Positions 25,982-32,000 of a stretch of DNA of 32,000 bases are shown here, in pieces. A program made the translations under genes and the position numbers. Position 1 is the first letter of the stretch. Each line of letters starts with the position of its first letter. Below the pieces are notes generated by a model. The model searched no databases. It saw only the letters and a program-made list of their open reading frames with translations, and was not told the DNA's origin. Source of the stretch: Patescibacteria group bacterium (GTDB taxonomy: Bacteria > Patescibacteriota > Microgenomatia > Levybacterales > UBA12049); contig DASRFS010000026.1 in NCBI GenBank assembly GCA_035651435.1, positions 1 to 32,000 of the forward strand. Direction: 5' to 3'.

Positions 25982-28071
25982 GCATTATATTGTCTTTTAT
26001 AGTAATCTTTATAATCTCCGCTTTTTATTCTCTTCCACCAGTCCTCATTCTTTTTGTACCAATCGATAGTTTTCTCCAACCATTCATCAAAGTTATGCAT
26101 CGGATGCCATCCCAATTCATTTTTAACCTTAGACCAATCAACAGAATATTTTCTGTCATGTCCGGGTCTGTCTTTTACAAACTCAATATAACTTTCATCT
26201 TTTCCTAAAATTTTCAAAATCTTTTTTATTAAAGTCAAATGATTCATATCTTCCGTCATTCCTCCAACACAATAGGTTTCACCTATTTTCCCTTTTTCTA
26301 AAACTATCTCTATCGCTCTTACATGATCCTCGACATAAAGCCAATCTCTGACGTAAAGACCATCCCCATATAAAGGAACTTTTTTCTCTTCCAACAAATT
26401 GGTAATAGCAAGAGGAATTAACTTTTCCGGAAACTGATATGGACCAAAGTTATTTGAACAATTTGTAATAGTAATAGGAAGCTCATAAGTATGATAATAG
26501 GCATTTACCAAATGGTCGGATCCTGCTTTGGTTGCCGAATAAGGACTTCTTGGATCGTATTTTGTTTTTTCATTGAATTTTTCTTTTGACTCAAGGGTAA
26601 GCGCACCAAATACTTCGTCCGTATTGCCACAAAAAACAAATGTTCCATTTCGTTCTACAAGTAAGTTTTTATTTAGCGGAACCTTAATGCACCAAATTTT
26701 CCCATTATAATAACTTTTTGATACTTGTTGTAATTCTTTGCTTATTCGTATCGATCTATGTTGCCTTGTAACAGTTATGACATAGCTTTTCTTTCCCTTT
26801 ATAAATCTCCCTTTATAATAATTTCCTTCGATCTTTCTCTCAAATACATGGGGTGTAATACCTAGTTTTATACAAAGCTCGGAAAATGTTTCTACCAATC
26901 TCCAGCTTGATGTATATAATCTCGGATTATTGTTCCAGGATCCATCTGAATCAATTAATCCATCAAATAGCGCTTGTAAACTTTCTCTATCTGCTTCCAA
27001 CGCCCATTCAGGTATTTTTTTATTCAGTGCTCCTTTTCCGCAATCCTTGAGTATGCCCGAATAAGATTTTGAAGAAAAGTATAAGTGCTCACCAGCTTTT
27101 CCAGTGTGAGCATGCCAATTAATTTTTAAATCTGTAAGTGTTTTCTCCAGTCTATTTCTCCCCTTATCTTTAACTGGTATATCCAAAAATACTCTATATG
27201 AATGACTTATTGTATGCTGTTGATATCCGATATGGCTCATAGCTAAAAACTGACCTGTTTGAGAATCTCTTGATTGATACACATATTCAGTTTTACTTAA
27301 GCCAGATTTATTGGTGAATTTCTTTTTTTGATAGGCAAGAAAACCATCTCCTATAAAAACCCCAAGTAGATACATGAAGTTTTTATTAATTTTTACGTTG
27401 CTTTCCCATACTCCCTCCGGGAGAGAATTTACTGATCCAAGTTGACGAGCTTCTTTGAATATAAGTTTCTTTGTTTTAGTCGTCTGCAGGAGCATTCTAT
27501 GATTTGGTGTAACTTTCATATGTAATTTATTGGAATTAATAGCTATCATATCCCCTTGATAATCTTGTATAATAATTTTTTCTATCTTCTTCCACTCCAT
27601 GTTTTTCGTTTGCATATTGAGGGTCAAAACCTCATCTGTTTTTTCTAATTCCCAATAATACTTAAGACCTCTTTTTGTTAAAGCCCGCGTTTTTTCATCA
27701 TAGCAAGATATATGATGAAATCTTTTTACGTTTGCTTTTAGCGCAGCATCGAGCAAAATCTGGGTTCCTAAAACATTAGTTGTAACAAAAGGCGAAGGTT
27801 CTGAAATTGAGCGATCAACATGACTTTCTGCTGCGAAATGAACAACAGTATCGATTCCTGCCATGAGATTATTTACTGTCTGGGTGTCGCAAATATCACC
27901 TTTTACAAATTTGTAGTTTTTTGAGCTCTCAATATCCCTAAGATTTTCTAAATTCCCTGCATAAGTCAACTTATCCAAATTTATAACTTGATCTTCGGGA
28001 TGATTTTTGATCCAGTAGAGTATAAAATTTGAGCCGATAAATCCGGCTCCACCTGTTACAAGAATCTTCAT
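25978..28071 (-). CDS. rfbB: dTDP-glucose 4,6-dehydratase interrupted by an in-frame intein (precursor 697 aa; exteins 122 + 214 = 336 aa)
   Basis: The N-extein MKILVTGGAGFIGSNF...VVHFAAESHVDRS...FHHIS is followed, after the insert, by TDEVFG...YSATKAGSDH...RPGHDRKY. The start is set at the ATG at 28071, because the listed 28152 start would overlap rfbA. Confidence 0.9.
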   Translation of the reverse strand: MKILVTGGAGFIGSNFILYWIKNHPEDQVINLDKLTYAGNLENLRDIESSKNYKFVKGDICDTQTVNNLMAGIDTVVHFAAESHVDRSISEPSPFVTTNVLGTQILLDAALKANVKRFHHISCYDEKTRALTKRGLKYYWELEKTDEVLTLNMQTKNMEWKKIEKIIIQDYQGDMIAINSNKLHMKVTPNHRMLLQTTKTKKLIFKEARQLGSVNSLPEGVWESNVKINKNFMYLLGVFIGDGFLAYQKKKFTNKSGLSKTEYVYQSRDSQTGQFLAMSHIGYQQHTISHSYRVFLDIPVKDKGRNRLEKTLTDLKINWHAHTGKAGEHLYFSSKSYSGILKDCGKGALNKKIPEWALEADRESLQALFDGLIDSDGSWNNNPRLYTSSWRLVETFSELCIKLGITPHVFERKIEGNYYKGRFIKGKKSYVITVTRQHRSIRISKELQQVSKSYYNGKIWCIKVPLNKNLLVERNGTFVFCGNTDEVFGALTLESKEKFNEKTKYDPRSPYSATKAGSDHLVNAYYHTYELPITITNCSNNFGPYQFPEKLIPLAITNLLEEKKVPLYGDGLYVRDWLYVEDHVRAIEIVLEKGKIGETYCVGGMTEDMNHLTLIKKILKILGKDESYIEFVKDRPGHDRKYSVDWSKVKNELGWHPMHNFDEWLEKTIDWYKKNEDWWKRIKSGDYKDYYKRQYNA
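26623..27705 (-). mobile_element. Intein, 361 aa, with a LAGLIDADG homing-endonuclease domain
   Basis: It starts with a Cys codon (27703-27705) and has block B VTPNHR (TxxH). The two LAGLIDADG motifs are LLGVFIGDGFL and LFDGLIDSDGS. It ends ...NGTFVFCGN (Asn codon 26623-25), followed by the Thr codon at 26620-22. The exteins rejoin to the conserved HHIS-TDEVFG. Confidence 0.88.
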
Positions 28072-28075
28072 TGAG

Positions 28076-28789
28076 TTACTTTTTCTTAGTTGCCCAGAAG
28101 GAACCCGATTGGAAAAGACTATCGAAGGTTCCGGCATCGCTCCAAAAACCATTGAGCTTTGTCCAATTAAGTTTTCCTTCTTTAAGATATTCCTTGTTTA
28201 CATCGGTTATTTCCAATTCTCCGCGCCCAGATGGTTTTATATTTTTTATATGATCAAAAACCTTCGAATCATAAATATAAAGCCCGGTAATCGCTAGGTT
28301 ACTTTTTGGATCCTTAGGCTTCTCCTCTATTTCTTTAATTTTATCTCCCTCGACTTGAGCAACGCCAAATCTCTGCGGATCTTCGACTTCTTTTAGGAAT
28401 ACTAAAGCCCCGCCTTTGAAGTTCTTAACATCTTCCGAGATATCCGCATCGGTAGTATTGTCGCCTAAAATTACGGTCACGCTTTCTCCGTCTGCAAAAT
28501 CCTCCGCAAGAGACAGAGCATCTGCAATTCCTCCATCCGGTTTTTCCTGATATGCATATTCCAAATGTCTAAGCCCTACCTCTTTTCCGTTTTTTAGGAC
28601 TCCCAAAAAATGTCCGACATGCGGCCCGGATGTAACGATAAGAACATCTTTAATTCCCGCGTTAACAAGAGTTTGTATAGGATAAAAAATCATTGGCTTA
28701 TCGTAAACCGGAAGAAGATGCTTATTTGATACGTGAGTCAGAGGATAAAGCCTCGTGCCCAAACCTCCTGCTAAGATTACACCTTTCAT
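28076..28789 (-). CDS. rfbA: Glucose-1-phosphate thymidylyltransferase, short form (sugar-phosphate nucleotidyltransferase)
   Basis: MKGVILAGGLGTRLYPLT..NKHLLPVYDKPMIFYPI, LGDN, and EKP...SNLAITGLYIYD. At 237 aa it is shorter than the roughly 290-aa RmlA. Confidence 0.8.
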   Translation of the reverse strand: MKGVILAGGLGTRLYPLTHVSNKHLLPVYDKPMIFYPIQTLVNAGIKDVLIVTSGPHVGHFLGVLKNGKEVGLRHLEYAYQEKPDGGIADALSLAEDFADGESVTVILGDNTTDADISEDVKNFKGGALVFLKEVEDPQRFGVAQVEGDKIKEIEEKPKDPKSNLAITGLYIYDSKVFDHIKNIKPSGRGELEITDVNKEYLKEGKLNWTKLNGFWSDAGTFDSLFQSGSFWATKKK

Positions 28790-28792
28790 AAA

Positions 28793-29050
28793 TCAAAGAT
28801 TAAATCCTCCTTTTAAAATAAAGAAGATAACGGCGCCTCCGAGCCCTGCCATTAGCGTATATTCTACCACAATTTTAGCAGTCAAATCGTGATGTATGTG
28901 GTGGTGGACTATCCCCCATAGAATATAAAAAAGCGAAGTGATTGTGATAGTCATAGCCTGAAATTGTTTGTCGGGCGAAGCAGCCGCTATCAAAAATCCC
29001 AAGACCAGAATTAGGACAAGGAAAAAATAATAAAAGACATGTCTTTTCAC
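28793..29050 (-). CDS. Small 3-TM membrane protein with a His cluster (VHHHIHHD)
   Basis: GTG start at 29050 in a GTGA overlap with the upstream stop. Three hydrophobic segments. No homology recognised. Confidence 0.45.
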   Translation of the reverse strand: MKRHVFYYFFLVLILVLGFLIAAASPDKQFQAMTITITSLFYILWGIVHHHIHHDLTAKIVVEYTLMAGLGGAVIFFILKGGFNL

Positions 29051-29886
29051 AGTATCACTCCTCTTGCAATTATGAATATCATTAATAGAATAAGCGACAA
29101 AAATAGTACATGGTCTAAATTATGCCCTACGAATCTTGTCACCTTTTTTCTTTCAATAACAATAAAATCGACGCTTAAAACCAGAATAAAAAGTGAAATT
29201 ATGCCTACTCCTATATTCCGGGAAAGAGAAACACTATCAATCAGTGGCCGGTTGCTGGAATTCAAAACAACCGGCACAGGTTCCTGAGCAGACCTTGCGA
29301 CACTTGGGATTGAGTTTTGGGCAAAACTTGTATTTCCAAGCATTTCAACCACCAAAACAGTATCCTCACCCAAAAGAGTTCCATTTTTGACAGCAAACCC
29401 TACTTCGTTATAATTTCTCGATAACATATTCTCCCTGTGCTCGGGACTAGCCATCCAAGCATCAACAACCGACTTTGAATCGGTAAAACCTCTTGCAAGA
29501 TTCTCTCCCGCGTAAACGTATTGGTAGCCTGCATTTTTTATGAAAACCCAGGGGGTTTTGCCGGTTGGGGAATTATGAGCCCAATAATTTTCGGCAAACA
29601 TATCCTGAGCCTTGTCGCTTGCTGCCTTGTTTAGCTTGTCATTTAGAGACAGCGCCCCTGCGCCATCTTCTTGTCTCTTTTGGTTAGTAAAGCTCAACAA
29701 TTGTTCCGTCGTTACATCCGAGGAAATTCCGAGAACTTGGGGGAAATTTGCTTTAACAAAAGAGAGGAAAAACGTACCCGAAAATAGTAAGACGATAAAA
29801 AGAAGGATTACCCTGTGGTGTAAAAGTTTGGACCTGAAATTGTTATGAAAATGAGGAAAAAACAAATCGTGGAAGAAATTCTTCAT
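29047..29886 (-). CDS. CAP/SCP (YkwD-like) domain protein with N- and C-terminal TM segments
   Basis: The CAP-domain signature region reads YWAHNSP...YAGENLARGF...DAWMASPEHRENML...VGFAV. Confidence 0.8.
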   Translation of the reverse strand: MKNFFHDLFFPHFHNNFRSKLLHHRVILLFIVLLFSGTFFLSFVKANFPQVLGISSDVTTEQLLSFTNQKRQEDGAGALSLNDKLNKAASDKAQDMFAENYWAHNSPTGKTPWVFIKNAGYQYVYAGENLARGFTDSKSVVDAWMASPEHRENMLSRNYNEVGFAVKNGTLLGEDTVLVVEMLGNTSFAQNSIPSVARSAQEPVPVVLNSSNRPLIDSVSLSRNIGVGIISLFILVLSVDFIVIERKKVTRFVGHNLDHVLFLSLILLMIFIIARGVIL

Positions 29887-29891
29887 ACAAT

Positions 29892-30203
29892 TTAAGTATA
29901 CACCGGTAAAACCGATTGGCCAATTTTTCCATTAACGGGAATCTTCAAGGAAAAACCCATCGCGTTAGCAATCGAAACCCCGACTCTTATTCCTGTAAAT
30001 GATCCGGGGCCGGGATTAACTTTTATTTCCGTAAGATCTTGAGGCGTCAATTTATGCTCCTTCAGAAAGCTGCTTACAAGGTTTAACGCAACTTCCTTCT
30101 TGTTTTGCAAAATCTTATTTTTTTTACTGAACTTCTCTCCATTAACTTCAAGTTCTAATATGACTTCGTCTTTATTTGTAGTATCGATATATAAAATTGT
30201 CAT
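29892..30203 (-). CDS. tsaB: tRNA t6A37 biosynthesis protein TsaB, N-terminal-domain-only form (103 aa)
   Basis: ILYIDTT...PGPGSFTGIRVGVSIANAMGFSLKIPV matches the YeaZ/TsaB N-terminal half. The ORF ends 5 nt before the next gene, so no C-terminal half is encoded here. Confidence 0.75.
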   Translation of the reverse strand: MTILYIDTTNKDEVILELEVNGEKFSKKNKILQNKKEVALNLVSSFLKEHKLTPQDLTEIKVNPGPGSFTGIRVGVSIANAMGFSLKIPVNGKIGQSVLPVYT

Positions 30204-30775
30204 AGGTCAATTTTAACTGCTCCTTCTCTTAAAATTTTCCAGGGGTTTTGCGAGCAATCAATAACCGTCGAGGCTTGTTTGAGTTTTGTTTCACCTGGTA
30301 GTACGAAATCCACCAATTTGACAAGTTCAGAATTCAACTGTTGAACAGAGTACGGTGTATCTTCGCCATGGAAATTTGCAGATGGACCGAGAATCGGAAC
30401 ACCGACGCCTTTTATAAGTTCAATTGTGGTCTCATGGTTTGGCACGCGAATTCCAATAGTCGATCCTCCGCCACGAACCAATTCGGGAACTTTTTCCGTT
30501 TTGCACGGAAGAACTATTGTTAATGCTCCCGGCCAATACAATTTCATAAGATTTTGGACATCATTCGGTATTTCCTCAACATACTCTTTTGCCATCTCTA
30601 TTGAACTAACTAAAACTGGCGTCGCTTGATTCACCGGTCTTTTTCTAATATTGAATAATCTTTTAATCGTTTCGTCTTTATCGATTCTGCATCCTATTCC
30701 AAAAGCAGTATCTGTTGGAAAAATTATAATTCCTCCGTCATTGAGTATTTTTATTGCGGTTTGAAGATCATTCAT
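30200..30775 (-). CDS. tsaC: L-threonylcarbamoyladenylate synthase TsaC (YrdC/Sua5 family, single domain)
   Basis: IIIFPTDTAFGIGC, WPGALTIVL, IGIRVPNH, PSANFHG. Confidence 0.9.
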   Translation of the reverse strand: MNDLQTAIKILNDGGIIIFPTDTAFGIGCRIDKDETIKRLFNIRKRPVNQATPVLVSSIEMAKEYVEEIPNDVQNLMKLYWPGALTIVLPCKTEKVPELVRGGGSTIGIRVPNHETTIELIKGVGVPILGPSANFHGEDTPYSVQQLNSELVKLVDFVLPGETKLKQASTVIDCSQNPWKILREGAVKIDL

Positions 30776-31190
30776 GACTGTTAAATTTTATTTCCCTTTC
30801 ATTTCCATTTAGATGTTTGAACCAAATGTCTATTCTTTTGTTCGGCAAATTCTTGAGTTTTTCCGCCCATTCAACAGCAACAATGCTACTGTCATCCTCT
30901 ATTAATTCTGACAATTGTTCGTTAATACTTTCGTCGTTCTCGACTCTATACAGATCTACGTGATAGAAAATTCTGCTTGAACTCATCTCGTGTTTTCTGA
31001 TTAGAATAAACGTCGGAGATGTAATTCTTTCCCGAATTCCCAATCCCCGTGCTAAACCCTGAATAAAACTTGTCTTACCGCTTCCCAAATCGCCATACAA
31101 GGCAAGAAAGTTATTGTATAGATTATGAGCTAATTCCTCACCGAGTTTCTGTGTTTCTTCGACACTTTTTGTTACAACTGTTTTATCCAT
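30768..31190 (-). CDS. tsaE: tRNA t6A37 biosynthesis ATPase TsaE
   Basis: Walker A GDLGSGKTSF, SPTFIL, HVDLYR, VAVEWAE. Confidence 0.9.
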   Translation of the reverse strand: MDKTVVTKSVEETQKLGEELAHNLYNNFLALYGDLGSGKTSFIQGLARGLGIRERITSPTFILIRKHEMSSSRIFYHVDLYRVENDESINEQLSELIEDDSSIVAVEWAEKLKNLPNKRIDIWFKHLNGNEREIKFNSHE

Positions 31191-31972
31191 TTGCTCTTTA
31201 TGTAAAACCCCAGAGACGCAAGAATTATTATAGCCCCAACACCAATAAATATTTTCGATAAATTATTTTCCGAATCTGCAAGAGTTTTAACTTCTTCCTT
31301 TACGGTCTTTGGCGTAGCAAAAGAAGACTTAGTCCCCAGAACGTCTGCCCCAGTTGTTATATCTTTTGTAAAATCCGCTCCAACCTTTGTACCAATCGTG
31401 CTGGAAGTAAGAACTGGTGAATTTTTAGCGGTTGATGTTGGGGATGCTGTTATTGGCGAAGAAGTTGAAGTTAAACTTGGACTCGGAGAAGAAGTAGGTG
31501 TCGGAGTTGCTGCATCGATAGTCAATAAATTCTCATTCGACCAGATATAAGTGCCACCGGCAGTATATCTCCTGACTTTTAATCCATAGCTTCCAGACCC
31601 ATCATAAAACGTAGATGCTACGTCAAGTTTCCCCTTTACTATTCCGCTCCAATTTCCGTTTGAATCTAATATTATTGGTAAATAATTTGTGTAAGTTGAG
31701 TCGTTATGCCAATCGGTTCCATTAAAAGTATATCCAAAATAATTAGTCGAGCCGTTTTTATATAAATTTATTCTGAGATAATTCATTGTATTTGCTGAAC
31801 CACTTGATACTTTGACTTCTACATCAAATGGATCCGTAAAGACAGCCGAGGGAGCATCCGTAACCGTAACTGCAACTGCGAGGGCTTTTTGAGGGAAAAA
31901 ATAAAAGAAGAAAAAGAGGAATAGGCAGAAGCTTGCGAGCAAAGCTCTAAAAATTAATAATACTTTTTTCAC
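31172..31972 (-). CDS. Secreted, C-terminally anchored surface protein with an S/T/P-rich linker
   Basis: The listed start at 31996 is TTG. The GTG at 31972 gives (M)KKVLLIF...PQKALA|VAV, a classical signal peptide. A beta-rich roughly 120-aa domain is followed by ATPTPTSSPSPSLTSTSSPITASPTSTAKNSPVLTSST and a C-terminal TM helix. Confidence 0.6.
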   Translation of the reverse strand: MKKVLLIFRALLASFCLFLFFFFYFFPQKALAVAVTVTDAPSAVFTDPFDVEVKVSSGSANTMNYLRINLYKNGSTNYFGYTFNGTDWHNDSTYTNYLPIILDSNGNWSGIVKGKLDVASTFYDGSGSYGLKVRRYTAGGTYIWSNENLLTIDAATPTPTSSPSPSLTSTSSPITASPTSTAKNSPVLTSSTIGTKVGADFTKDITTGADVLGTKSSFATPKTVKEEVKTLADSENNLSKIFIGVGAIIILASLGFYIKSKWIKQL

Positions 31973-32000
31973 ATCATTGATATATCCTCGCCTCAATTAT

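Noticed and set aside
26623-27705. The extra 1.08 kb in rfbB could be a gene fusion, a frameshifted pseudogene or a self-splicing intron.
   Set aside because: The reading frame is continuous with no stops or shifts. The insert has Cys1, TxxH, two LAGLIDADG motifs and a terminal Asn plus Thr+1. Excising it at the protein level restores the conserved HHIS-TDEVFG motif exactly. That pattern fits an intein, not an RNA intron or a fusion.
28072-28152. The listed N-terminal extension of the rfbB ORF (start at 28152).
   Set aside because: It would overlap the rfbA 3' end by 77 nt and add 27 residues before the Rossmann MKILVTGGAGFIGS start. The ATG at 28071, 4 nt after the rfbA stop, fits homologues.

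Overview
The window is a compact, low-GC bacterial segment with standard code 11: TGA ends many ORFs at ATGA start/stop overlaps. Gene content (archaeal-type AspRS, short GluRS and TsaB, DUF4446, DUF3048, DUF5679, split SecD/SecF) suggests a reduced-genome CPR/Patescibacteria-like organism; that is an inference. Bases 1-19.2 kb hold mixed-strand housekeeping genes: a DEAD-box helicase, methyltransferase, typA, gltX, a D-Ala-D-Ala carboxypeptidase, aspS, recJ, cca, yqeY and a DUF4446-DUF3048-wHTH-secD-secF operon. Bases 19.3-32.0 kb form one unbroken minus-strand string of 15 genes with gaps of 5 nt or less or overlaps. In transcription order it reads: S/T/P-rich surface protein, tsaE-tsaC-(short)tsaB, CAP-domain protein, small His-rich membrane protein, rfbA, rfbB, rfbD, ugd, gmd, uxs, a GT2-GtrA fusion and an ArnT/PMT-like GT-C transferase. 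The strongest finding is a 361-aa LAGLIDADG-containing intein (26623-27705) inside rfbB, inserted directly before the catalytic Thr of the STDEVYG motif, with a non-canonical ...CGN|T C-terminal junction. Other points of interest:
- The nucleotide-sugar plus lipid-carrier glycosylation module lacks rmlC and fcl/rmd.
- A promoter plus terminator hairpin precedes an orphan ORF (10255-10907).
- -10 boxes recur only 5-12 nt from start codons, implying leaderless or near-leaderless mRNAs.
- Divergent promoters share a palindromic -35 pair.
- A DUF4238-led accessory trio sits at the left edge.
No tRNA, rRNA, CRISPR array or transposase was seen. All family assignments rest on motif recognition by eye, not database searches.
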